Positions 7,467-15,675 of a stretch of DNA of 27,908 bases are shown in pieces. A model generated the notes under the pieces. The model was not told where the DNA came from and searched no databases. It was given only the letters and a program-made list of their open reading frames with translations. Made by a program: the position numbers and the translations under genes. Within the stretch, counting starts at the first letter, position 1, and each line of letters begins with the position of its first letter. Origin of the DNA: a virus (taxonomy: Duplodnaviria > Caudoviricetes); the IMG/VR virus record IMGVR_UViG_3300011335_000080, positions 1 through 27,908 of that record. The stretch is one strand, 5' to 3'.

Positions 7467-7919
7467 TTACCACTCCTTCAAGATTCGGTCGAAAGCATTT
7501 TCCCACTTGTCAATGATTTCTGGCTGGATTGCGCGGAGTGTCGGATAAATAAACCAGCCAGTTGAGCCGCGCCCTGTTGAGCCCGACCAGATTGGGAATT
7601 GCTTAAACTTGTTAGATCCGAATTCTGTACCGCCCCAGAGATCCTTTGTTGTTGCTCCGCCAGAGAACTTTTGACTTACAAAGCCGAAAGAGAGTTCACC
7701 AATCTTGGAAGATTTAGAAACACGAGAGCCACTGGCAATTCTGTCGGCTGCTTTGCCCCTGGTGACTGCCTTTTGCTGAATTTTGCCTTGTGCAAATTCT
7801 GCCAGCGCTGATGATTCTCTTTTAGCCGCATCTGTGGCTTCTGAATCCATCGCCTTAAATGCTGAAGTAATGCGACGAAGGTCAGCCTTATCGTAAGCAA
7901 TTTCAACCTTGTCGCTCAT
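7467..7919 (-). CDS. HK97 gp10-like neck/tail completion protein
   Basis: TEFGS..WFIYPTL pattern; start MSDKVE by homology with unit B. Confidence 0.5.
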   Translation of the reverse strand: MSDKVEIAYDKADLRRITSAFKAMDSEATDAAKRESSALAEFAQGKIQQKAVTRGKAADRIASGSRVSKSSKIGELSFGFVSQKFSGGATTKDLWGGTEFGSNKFKQFPIWSGSTGRGSTGWFIYPTLRAIQPEIIDKWENAFDRILKEW

Positions 7920-8297
7920 TCTGTTTCTCCAGTATCTCAAAGGCCGTATAGATTTGCTCCGCCGTCGTCCATTCGCTCATCGGAATTCCTGTGGCTATCG
8001 CTAACTCCACAAGTATTCGATTTACGCTTCCGGCGGCGTAACTTTTGGGAGAACGTCACCGACTGTCACGTCGGCCACTGTTTCACACCAGATTTCATAA
8101 CCTTTAATTGGCTTACCACCGGCTTCACGTTTCATCGCATTCCACGCAAGGAAGAGAAGATCAGATATTCCAATCTTCTCCTGCGCTTGCGAGATTGTGC
8201 TGCCTGTCTTTTGTTCCCATTTAGCCCACTCTGGCGGTTGTGCGGTGTATGTGCCGAACTCGCCATTTGTGTATTCGATGGTGATTGGTAGTCTCAT
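7903..8297 (-). CDS. Tail assembly chaperone (8022-8297) with -1 frameshift extension to 7903
   Basis: Slippery C CCA AAA at 8049-8043; -1 frame SYAAGSVNRILVELAIATGIPMSEWTTAEQIYTAFEILEKQNERQG*. Confidence 0.8.
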
Positions 8298-8319
8298 TAT
8301 TTGCTCCCGTTTCTATTGA

Positions 8320-8721
8320 TTAACTAATTGTGAGAACTGGTGTTGTTGAGCAGAGCATAGACCAGGTGTCAGTCTGTGCATCTGGAGCAGTGCCGCCAGC
8401 AGTTGGAGCCACTGGAAAAGCATTACCTGCGAACACCGCGCCGGTTGCAGTTGTTAAACTGAAAGCGAGTGCAGTATTTGGAGCAGAAGTGAAAGCAGTC
8501 CACATCGCCTCAAAGAGTGATGAAGTTGCGCCCCAATCTGCAAGAAGTGAGATGTTGAGTGTCCATTGATCATCGATGTGCTTGTAAGCCTTGCCATCGA
8601 GTGTCTGATAAGTAGTGATGACTGGCGCATTGACGAGAGTCACTGAAGTCGTCTGTGCGTCGTAATTAGTCGTGGCTAGTGTGAATACTATGTCGCGACC
8701 GGTGACGATTGTTGTTGGCAT
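8320..8721 (-). CDS. Major tail protein
   Basis: 133 aa, Thr-rich, upstream of chaperone, highly conserved between units. Confidence 0.75.
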   Translation of the reverse strand: MPTTIVTGRDIVFTLATTNYDAQTTSVTLVNAPVITTYQTLDGKAYKHIDDQWTLNISLLADWGATSSLFEAMWTAFTSAPNTALAFSLTTATGAVFAGNAFPVAPTAGGTAPDAQTDTWSMLCSTTPVLTIS

Positions 8722-8730
8722 GATTGCTCC

Positions 8731-9129
8731 TTAGATTGTCTGTTGTGTGTAGTAAGTGCTGACCGCGAGATCCGCCACTAGTAGGTTAGATGCTCCCACT
8801 GATTGAATTGTCGGACGTTGGACGTCTCCGACTTCGTAACCAGTTGGCATCGCTGCGATGATGCTGATTATCAATTGCTCAAGATTGTCTAGTGCTCCGG
8901 CCGTGTTGTTATACGCAACGGCCGCAGTAACCACGAAGTTAATTTTCACGCGCACCGCAGACTTGCCGATTGTTGTCGTCTCTAAATAAGGCGAATCGGG
9001 AACGATTACGCAAGCCGGAGGAATGACTGCTTCTGGAGGCGATGAATAAACTGAAGCGACGACGCCAGAAAGTGCAGTCGCAAGAGTGCCTCGGACGTTG
9101 GTCGCAATTGTTGTCGGAGTTGGCATCAC
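8731..9129 (-). CDS. Putative tail terminator
   Basis: Size and position between adaptor and major tail. Confidence 0.55.
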   Translation of the reverse strand: MMPTPTTIATNVRGTLATALSGVVASVYSSPPEAVIPPACVIVPDSPYLETTTIGKSAVRVKINFVVTAAVAYNNTAGALDNLEQLIISIIAAMPTGYEVGDVQRPTIQSVGASNLLVADLAVSTYYTQQTI

Positions 9130-9752
9130 ATAGCCATCGTTGAAGTATCAAGGAATGGAGAAAGTAATCCGACCACTCTGTTCATTAAGGATCGTCCCAT
9201 TCTGTACGGAGATGGAGTGAAATCCACGCCTTCAATTTGTCCGCCTGGAGCGACCACTGATTGGAAAATCTCCACACTAACAATCGTCACGGCTTGTTCG
9301 ACTGCCGGAGTTGATGCGTAAAGTGTGGCGGCGTTGGATCCGGATAAGTAAGCAACGCCAGCCGGTATGACTTCGCGAAATGCGATGTTTGCGTTTGTCT
9401 TAGCGGCAGTAAATACATAGAGCGCTTGACCATACATATTGATTGACGGAATGAAAGGAAACGCTTGCCAGTAATTAGAAGTGACTGTGATTGTGCCGTT
9501 GAAAGTTGATGGAACGCAACCAGTGACGACGACTGTCTGACCCTCGACGAAAGTGTTTGGACGTTGCGTGATGTAATAGGCGACGTTGTTCTCAAGATAA
9601 ACGCCGGCGATTGCTGCTTGATTAGCCGTTAGCATCGGCAAGATTACATTCTCAGCAGAATCAATGATTCCGTCGAGATAAGCATCTGAATACAGGGACG
9701 ACGAAACGCCCAAGACTGTTCGCAACTGCGATGCAGTAATGATTGCTGGCAT
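9126..9752 (-). CDS. Head-tail adaptor with central beta-rich insertion
   Basis: Helical ends (ITASQLRTVLG..; AVEQAVTIVSVEIFQS) like gp6/gp15-type adaptors; first gene after capsid. Confidence 0.6.
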   Translation of the reverse strand: MPAIITASQLRTVLGVSSSLYSDAYLDGIIDSAENVILPMLTANQAAIAGVYLENNVAYYITQRPNTFVEGQTVVVTGCVPSTFNGTITVTSNYWQAFPFIPSINMYGQALYVFTAAKTNANIAFREVIPAGVAYLSGSNAATLYASTPAVEQAVTIVSVEIFQSVVAPGGQIEGVDFTPSPYRMGRSLMNRVVGLLSPFLDTSTMAM

Positions 9753-9775
9753 TTCATCGTCCCTTCGTATTCGGC

Positions 9776-9805
9776 TGGGCTAGATACGGGAGCGCACCTA
9801 GCCCA
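9776..9805 (-). terminator. Post-capsid stem-loop (terminator or mRNA stabiliser)
   Basis: UGGGCUAGGUGCG-CUCC-CGUAUCUAGCCCA; identical at 23563-23592; no U tract. Confidence 0.6.
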
Positions 9806-9817
9806 TGATCAGTTTGT

Positions 9818-11401
9818 TTAGGTTAGGTTGAAGCGACGAATGCCGCCGGCCTGTGTAACTCCTGCTGCAACGTATCCGTAAAGCATCAATTCAATTTCGC
9901 CAGTTGTTGGAACGTTGGCTGAAAGTGTTAATGCTGGAGACTCGAAGATTTCGATTGAACGAGGCTCAATGATGAACGCTGATTCGTCGATTGTTGTTGC
10001 GACCATATTTGCATCGACATATAGATCCAAGCCCAAGACGTTTCCGCGAATTGATGTTGGATTAGCAGTACCACCAGCATTTTGTGTCAATGGCTGAGCG
10101 TTGTAAATTGGACGACCAGTTGTATCAGTTGCACCCATCAAGAGTGACCACTGTGAAGTTCCGGCGACGTAAGCAGTTGCAGTGCGCTTTGTTGCATTGT
10201 ACGCGGCTGCTGATTCTGTTGATACGAATGAAATGATTCCTGCTGATGATGCTGCAACCGCAGTTCCTTGTGTACCACCGGCAACAAGTTGAGCAATTAC
10301 GTACTCATCAACTGCCTGAGCATAGCCATCACGAAGATTTGAGAGCATGATTTCATAGAAACTTGGATCTGATCGGTCAAGCAATTCGACTGAGTAGCGT
10401 TGGAATCCAGCCTTCTTGATTACTGTCGCATTGACGTAAGCAGAAGTGATTTGAGTTGTTCCAGTTGGATCTCCGCCTTCTGCCACTGTTGCAACTGTTG
10501 AGTTGGCAGTGATTTTAGGAATTGACACTGTCATTCCGTATGAGTTAAGTGGACGAGTTCCACCGCAAGCGTCCACTGTTGGACGAACCATTGTTGTATT
10601 AGTTGCAACGTCGCGGATATAGGAAACCGGTGAGAACGCTGGATTTGTTGTGAATGAATCATCGGCAGCCATTACGTACTGACGAGAATCTTCGTTGCCC
10701 ATCTTCGCCTTGATTGTGTGCTCTAGGTATGCCCCTGGAGTTGCAATTGGTGAACGTGGCTTGGTGAAGTACAACGGACGAGTTGCATCTGTTGCAGTTA
10801 CGACTTTGGAAGCCTCAACCGCTTCGGCTGCTGCTTCGGGAACGGCTGGAGTTGATTCCATTTCGTTTTCTCCTTGTGTAGTTGGTGTGTTTGTTTCTGC
10901 TTCTTCGGCTTGTGGCTCTGATTCAGAATTTTCTGTTTCACTTGCTGCGACTGCAACTTTTGCGCTCGCAATTGCTGGATCTGTTACTAGTGAGACTTCC
11001 TTGAGAGCACTAGCGCTAATAACTAGAACGCCATCGACATTCTTATACTTCTCAGCAAGAACTCCCACGCTAAAGCCATCACGCAATCCAGAACTGGCCT
11101 CGACCAGACTGTCGTTGCCGGCGGTTGTATTACCAATAGCGAACGTTGCATCAATTCCTTCGTCGGTGACTTTGTAGGATTTTAAGAATCCAATTGGCGC
11201 TTCGCGACGATGCTCAAGTAATAATTTCGTTGAATCGCCGAAAGTAATTGAGCCAGGCTTGAACGATGTTGCTCCGGCTGATGTTGATCCAGTTTCATTC
11301 CAGGTGACGATGCGTCCAGAGATTTCGCGCTTCGGAAAGTCAGTGGCCGTGACTTTGATTGAGAAGTCAAGATTCATCGGAGTTGGCTTTGTTTCTTTCA
11401 T
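9818..11401 (-). CDS. Prohead protease-major capsid fusion (HK97 type)
   Basis: N-terminal LLLEH..GFSVG..LKEVSLV protease motifs, acidic linker, capsid-like C-terminal ~350 aa. Confidence 0.88.
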   Translation of the reverse strand: MKETKPTPMNLDFSIKVTATDFPKREISGRIVTWNETGSTSAGATSFKPGSITFGDSTKLLLEHRREAPIGFLKSYKVTDEGIDATFAIGNTTAGNDSLVEASSGLRDGFSVGVLAEKYKNVDGVLVISASALKEVSLVTDPAIASAKVAVAASETENSESEPQAEEAETNTPTTQGENEMESTPAVPEAAAEAVEASKVVTATDATRPLYFTKPRSPIATPGAYLEHTIKAKMGNEDSRQYVMAADDSFTTNPAFSPVSYIRDVATNTTMVRPTVDACGGTRPLNSYGMTVSIPKITANSTVATVAEGGDPTGTTQITSAYVNATVIKKAGFQRYSVELLDRSDPSFYEIMLSNLRDGYAQAVDEYVIAQLVAGGTQGTAVAASSAGIISFVSTESAAAYNATKRTATAYVAGTSQWSLLMGATDTTGRPIYNAQPLTQNAGGTANPTSIRGNVLGLDLYVDANMVATTIDESAFIIEPRSIEIFESPALTLSANVPTTGEIELMLYGYVAAGVTQAGGIRRFNLT

Positions 11402-12519
11402 TTGATTGTGTCCTCTTCCATTCGGATTTCTTCTGACGTGATTGCACCTACATCGAAAAGCATCTTGTAAACTTCTGCACGTTCTTTAGCAGAGCCGCGA
11501 AGATAATCATCAAGATCGAATTTAACTTCTTGTGATGGCGGAACGAAATCATTTGGCATTCCAGTCATTGAAAGACGTTCTTCAATGGCACACATCACCG
11601 ATCTCAAAGAGAAATCAACGAGCGTCTGACGTGAAAGATTGGCGTTGGAGTAGGTCATGCTGGAGCCAGTTTCTGCATCGACGTAATAAGCCGGAATGCC
11701 ACACGCACGCGCCAATTCAGTCGCAACGTATGATCTAGCCTGATTCAATTGAAGTTTCTCTGGGTCAAATCCTAAAGCCTGTAATTCAACGTCAGCGTTT
11801 AAGAATGCAGTTGCGCGATTGCGTCGAGCAGCGCCCCAGGATTCAAGAAGTTTCGCGATGCGATCTGCTGGAAGTGCAGTGCCATTAGATTTCAACACCA
11901 TCGTCGGAACTGGCTCGCGTGCGTACATAACCGCAGCGCGCTCCAATTCTGCACCGGCTTTAATTGTGCGACCGGCACGATTCAAGATTCCTTCGTCTGT
12001 TCCGTAGAAAACTGCAAGAGCGCCCACACCAGATTCTGGCGCTGGAATATTATCGACTGTGTAATACTCAATCTCTGTTCCGCGTGCATTTGTAATGATG
12101 CCGATGCGAGTTGGCGAGATTCTTTCTGCTGATCTGATGCGATACGTGTCTGCATAAATTTCAGTAATGCGCAGATACCCATACCCAAAGAGCAGCAAAT
12201 CTTCGCAGAGCCAGGCATACGTGCTAGATCCTGGAACACGATGATCTGGCTGCATAATTACACGTGGAGGATTTTCTACTTCTTCGTGATCTGCTTTCAT
12301 GCGAACTTCAAGCGGAATTGATGCAACGCTTGAACAAATTATGTTACGTGCCCGAGCACACGTTGGAACTGACATGAATTCAGCGCGAGAAGCAGTGATT
12401 CCAGTTAATCCGTAAAAGTTGTAAATTGAATCGCTCGTATTCGTCGGCGCAAGTGCTGCCTGGACGTCATACGTTGCAGCCGGAGCGGCAGTCGTGATGT
12501 TGCGAGAGAATAGACCCAT
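11398..12519 (-). CDS. Portal protein
   Basis: ELARACGIPAYYV..SMTYSN HK97-family pattern; between terminase and protease. Confidence 0.9.
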   Translation of the reverse strand: MGLFSRNITTAAPAATYDVQAALAPTNTSDSIYNFYGLTGITASRAEFMSVPTCARARNIICSSVASIPLEVRMKADHEEVENPPRVIMQPDHRVPGSSTYAWLCEDLLLFGYGYLRITEIYADTYRIRSAERISPTRIGIITNARGTEIEYYTVDNIPAPESGVGALAVFYGTDEGILNRAGRTIKAGAELERAAVMYAREPVPTMVLKSNGTALPADRIAKLLESWGAARRNRATAFLNADVELQALGFDPEKLQLNQARSYVATELARACGIPAYYVDAETGSSMTYSNANLSRQTLVDFSLRSVMCAIEERLSMTGMPNDFVPPSQEVKFDLDDYLRGSAKERAEVYKMLFDVGAITSEEIRMEEDTIK

Positions 12520-12532
12520 GTGGCGAAGTCTA
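12520..12532 (-). promoter_or_regulatory. Possible -10 element for a leaderless portal transcript
   Basis: TAGACT-N7-ATG in both units (also 26289-26301). Confidence 0.45.
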
Positions 12533-12548
12533 AGGCTCTCCTTTACAT

Positions 12549-14048
12549 CTATCCGACCAGAATATCAATCTCCATCTCTGGGCGTGTCGCAAAGTGTGTC
12601 GCAAGAGCCGAAGCCACTGCCGCGCACACTGCAACCGAAGAGGCGCGCCGGCCGATAATCCAACCGCCATCGCCCATTGGTAATCTCACGGCGGATAATA
12701 TCTGCTTGGATAATTCTGCCTGTTTTCCGTGAATCAATCTCTTTGATGTAATCGCCCCGAGAAGTTCGTCGCAACTTTGTCCATACAAGGCTCCGTCGAT
12801 GTCAATGACGGGAATTCCTGCCGGTTGCAATCTAGCCGCAACGGCTGACGAAGTTCTCTTGCTGAACGCCACATATTCGAGCGGATACTTTCTGGCATAG
12901 GGAGCGATGTCATTGGCGATGGCTTTATCGTCTAAGGAGATTGGATTGTGCCAGGTGTGCAGAAGTTTGATGTTGAAAGTATCGTCCGGATTCTTCTGAG
13001 CAGCCACGAGCGCCCCATCTCTACGATCTGGCGATAAATCAAGGCCGAACCACGTGACCTTCTCGACATCAAGTTCAATCTCATCAGATCCACACTCTTC
13101 CCATTCCTTGACGGGAATTGCTCCGGAGATTGTATTGACCCAACGGCAGAGCACCTCCGTCTGGACGACATCTGGCGGATCATTGAGAACGGCGCGGATA
13201 TTATCTTCGTGGATTGTGTGACCCAGCGCCGGATTGCTCGCGACCCAATTCTTCTCATCTTCAATCTTGTCCGAGAATGCTGACCACTCGAAATATGCGA
13301 TGTCATCGTTTCCGCCGGCAGCCGAAGCCATACCGCGCTCGCGGAGTTGATTAAGAATCAAGGAATGCTGATCTCCAGCATTTGAGAACGTCCAGAGTTG
13401 AGGATTCTTAGCGGCCATCATCGTATATCTCATCGCTGACCAGGCTTCGGTGTCTTTCAACTGACGCGTCTCGTCCATGTACACAGTTTCCGGCTTAGCG
13501 AATCCACGCGCCGCAGCGTTTGCCGCCTTGACCACGTAGCGAGCGCCCGACATCAATTCAATCTCTTCGGATCCATGAGCCCATCGAATCTTCTTGACTT
13601 GTTTGGCCAGAGATTCATTGTTCTCGATGATGCTGACTACGTGTCGAAAAGTCTCCAGCGACGTCGTGAGTACGTGAGCCGAACCAAGTTGAAGCGATTC
13701 CTGCCATAGGAAAAGGCGAGCCAGAATTGACATCTCCATAATCGTGGATTTTCCATTCTGACGAGCGGCCACCACGACGACCAGAGGCGCGTGCCAGCGC
13801 CCGTCCGGCTTGACCTTAAGCGCGTGCTCGAACACGAACTTCTGCCACGGCATGAGATCAATGCCAATCTGAGAAGCGAACTCGATGATTTCTAAGCCCT
13901 TAGACGGCAAATCATTAAGCCTAGAGTGGATTCTGGGCGTTCCTGAGCCCATTAGGCGCTTCGGTTGGGTATCGATTCCCTGTTCGTCCCTGTTCGCCTC
14001 TGGTACGGCCTTGAGCGCCCTTATTTGACCCTGTTCAGCCTTAGTCAT
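12549..14048 (-). CDS. terL: Terminase large subunit
   Basis: Walker A ARQNGKS, Walker B VYMDE, C-motif FSNAG, nuclease GLDLSPDR. Confidence 0.93.
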   Translation of the reverse strand: MTKAEQGQIRALKAVPEANRDEQGIDTQPKRLMGSGTPRIHSRLNDLPSKGLEIIEFASQIGIDLMPWQKFVFEHALKVKPDGRWHAPLVVVVAARQNGKSTIMEMSILARLFLWQESLQLGSAHVLTTSLETFRHVVSIIENNESLAKQVKKIRWAHGSEEIELMSGARYVVKAANAAARGFAKPETVYMDETRQLKDTEAWSAMRYTMMAAKNPQLWTFSNAGDQHSLILNQLRERGMASAAGGNDDIAYFEWSAFSDKIEDEKNWVASNPALGHTIHEDNIRAVLNDPPDVVQTEVLCRWVNTISGAIPVKEWEECGSDEIELDVEKVTWFGLDLSPDRRDGALVAAQKNPDDTFNIKLLHTWHNPISLDDKAIANDIAPYARKYPLEYVAFSKRTSSAVAARLQPAGIPVIDIDGALYGQSCDELLGAITSKRLIHGKQAELSKQILSAVRLPMGDGGWIIGRRASSVAVCAAVASALATHFATRPEMEIDILVG

Positions 14049-14107
14049 GACTTGTGCTCTCTTGTGTCGGTGAAAACGGAAAAGGAAGAGTCAGAGGTGT
14101 CCTTGCT
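14036..14107. repeat. 72-bp block identical to 27805-27876; candidate cos/packaging site
   Basis: Exact match with divergent flanks, at the HNH/terL overlap. Confidence 0.6.
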
Positions 14108-14340
14108 ACGCCAAAAAACGGGCTCATTCGGTTGCCTTTCGAGTAATTGCATCGTGTACACGCTGCTAAGAGGTTATCGGGCTCATCAGTGCCGCCCTTG
14201 CTGATTGGAATCACGTGATCCACAGTCGTGGCATCGTTGCCACAGTATTGGCAGAGATAGCCATCACGAATCAGTATGCGTTCACGTATCTTTGACCAGG
14301 CTCTTGTGCCTCCATTAGCTCTCGCTGACTTAGCTGCCAT
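14041..14340 (-). CDS. HNH endonuclease (terminase-associated)
   Basis: RDGYLCQYCG..VDHVIP..GG..NLLAACTRCNYSKG. Confidence 0.92.
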   Translation of the reverse strand: MAAKSARANGGTRAWSKIRERILIRDGYLCQYCGNDATTVDHVIPISKGGTDEPDNLLAACTRCNYSKGNRMSPFFGVARTPLTLPFPFSPTQESTSHD

Positions 14341-14750
14341 CAGTGATAGCCATTAGCTTGAAAGAATCTCCAACTGTTGCACATAGATCCGTAACGTCCT
14401 TTGATGTATCTGATAGACCAATCAATCTGGCGATAACCATCTAGGTTACGATACTTAGTGTTGCGCATTTGGCCAATACCGTAATGAGATCCGTTGCGAG
14501 CCTTTGGATCCCATCGTCGATTCTCTTTGTTTATCAGCTTATAGAAGCATTGATACTGCTCATCATTAACAATCCTTGAATGAGCATAGAGTTTGAATGA
14601 ATCGCTTTGTGTAGCTGCTTTGGCTTCTGTTGTTGTGGATACTGTCAAAATCATAATTGACATAGGAATAGCCAATAAGTTTTTATTATTTTTAATCTTT
14701 ATTTTTATTATCTTTTTATTTATCTTTATTTTCAAGATATTATCTTTCAA
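14340..14750 (-). CDS. Secreted lytic transglycosylase (SLT/lysozyme-like); start uncertain (14750, 14735 or 14663)
   Basis: Signal-like segment ending AKA; KENRRWDPKARNGSHYGIGQ..QIDWSIRYIKGRYG. Confidence 0.75.
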   Translation of the reverse strand: MKDNILKIKINKKIIKIKIKNNKNLLAIPMSIMILTVSTTTEAKAATQSDSFKLYAHSRIVNDEQYQCFYKLINKENRRWDPKARNGSHYGIGQMRNTKYRNLDGYRQIDWSIRYIKGRYGSMCNSWRFFQANGYH

Positions 14751-14838
14751 GTATAGCGATGGATCCTGACAATCTGTCAAGGATTGAGGCCGGAGTGTCG
14801 CATCGTCCACAAGTGCCTGTGGATAAGTATGTGGATAA
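14680..14838. other. Putative replication origin, unit B
   Basis: TGTGGATAA at 14818-14826 and 14830-14838, TCGTCCACA at 14803-14811, AT-rich tract 14680-14748. Confidence 0.6.
14750..14799 (-). promoter_or_regulatory. Promoter GACAC-N9-AAT-N2-TTGACA-N19-TATACT
   Basis: Conserved with 332-381. Confidence 0.55.
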
Positions 14839-15018
14839 CTATTCAAGGCCAGCCACCAGCCCATCATCGACTAGCTTGACCGAGAATGCACCGCAACCAG
14901 AGCATTGAGCGAACCATTCGTGTTCGGTTAGCTCTGCTCCCTTAGTAATGAGATGTTCCCTGCGCCCATCACCATAGAGCTTCTTACAGATTGAGCAATC
15001 AAATCGCAGCAGTGGCAT
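14839..15018 (-). CDS. Small zinc-ribbon protein
   Basis: CSIC..CSGC; homologue of 1010-1195. Confidence 0.75.
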   Translation of the reverse strand: MPLLRFDCSICKKLYGDGRREHLITKGAELTEHEWFAQCSGCGAFSVKLVDDGLVAGLE

Positions 15019-15493
15019 ATTCGCTCCTGACCAATGTTTCAATCGGATTCAGATTGGCCTGATCGACCCACCAGGAATCCTGACGCGGATTCTTGAACCG
15101 CTTGCGTCTAGCAAAGGCTACTGGAAGCCAGCCGGCTATGTGATAAACCGGCGACTTGCCGACTACCAACACTGCGATGTCATTCTCACGATCATTCGGA
15201 TAGACGATGAGATTGCCACCAACGTATGACGTCCAGCGCACTTCTAGCCCTTGACCTACATCAGCCCGTCGCTTGCCTTTGGAATCATTGATGTCATAGT
15301 CAAGGCCAAAGTATCTCGCCACAATCATTTCAGCTCCGAGAGATTCGGCGTATTCTGTTACGGCTTCGTGATTGTTAAGCTTTGAATTGTAACGAACTGT
15401 TACGCCTAGACTTGCTTCTTGAGCAAAGACCACATCGACGGCTCGTTTGTGAATAGCCCATTCATCAGCCGCACTTATTGTCATTTTCTGCAT
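14999..15493 (-). CDS. Hypothetical protein, possible PD-(D/E)xK nuclease-like fold
   Basis: Homologue of 1176-1670. Confidence 0.5.
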   Translation of the reverse strand: MQKMTISAADEWAIHKRAVDVVFAQEASLGVTVRYNSKLNNHEAVTEYAESLGAEMIVARYFGLDYDINDSKGKRRADVGQGLEVRWTSYVGGNLIVYPNDRENDIAVLVVGKSPVYHIAGWLPVAFARRKRFKNPRQDSWWVDQANLNPIETLVRSEYATAAI

Positions 15494-15675
15494 TCAACAC
15501 AGAACCACAAGATTGGCTCTCCTCCGACGTTGTATTGGTAGCCCAGCTTGTCCAGTGTCCGAATCTTTTGGCAGTTGTCACAGTTTTCGACTTTGTATTC
15601 TGCAACGACTTTGCCATCAATTAACGTCCTGCCAATCATCGTGTCAATGTTGATGATTTCTGATACGGCGCTCAT
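15481..15675 (-). CDS. Small zinc-ribbon protein
   Basis: CDNC..WFCVEC; ATGA-coupled start. Confidence 0.7.
   Translation of the reverse strand: MSAVSEIINIDTMIGRTLIDGKVVAEYKVENCDNCQKIRTLDKLGYQYNVGGEPILWFCVECRK

Larger units (their letters stand above)
1..14107 (-). mobile_element. Mini-siphovirus genome, unit A (partial at window start; boundary placed provisionally at the 72-bp block)
   Basis: Contiguous, mostly overlapping minus-strand head, tail, lysis and early genes, collinear with unit B. Confidence 0.9.

Noticed and set aside
14751-14867. Long N-terminal extensions in the ORF track (also 1024-1071, 1853-2008, 3989-4042, 16329-16433)
   Set aside because: They overlap upstream genes or regulatory DNA and are not conserved between units; coupled downstream starts fit better.
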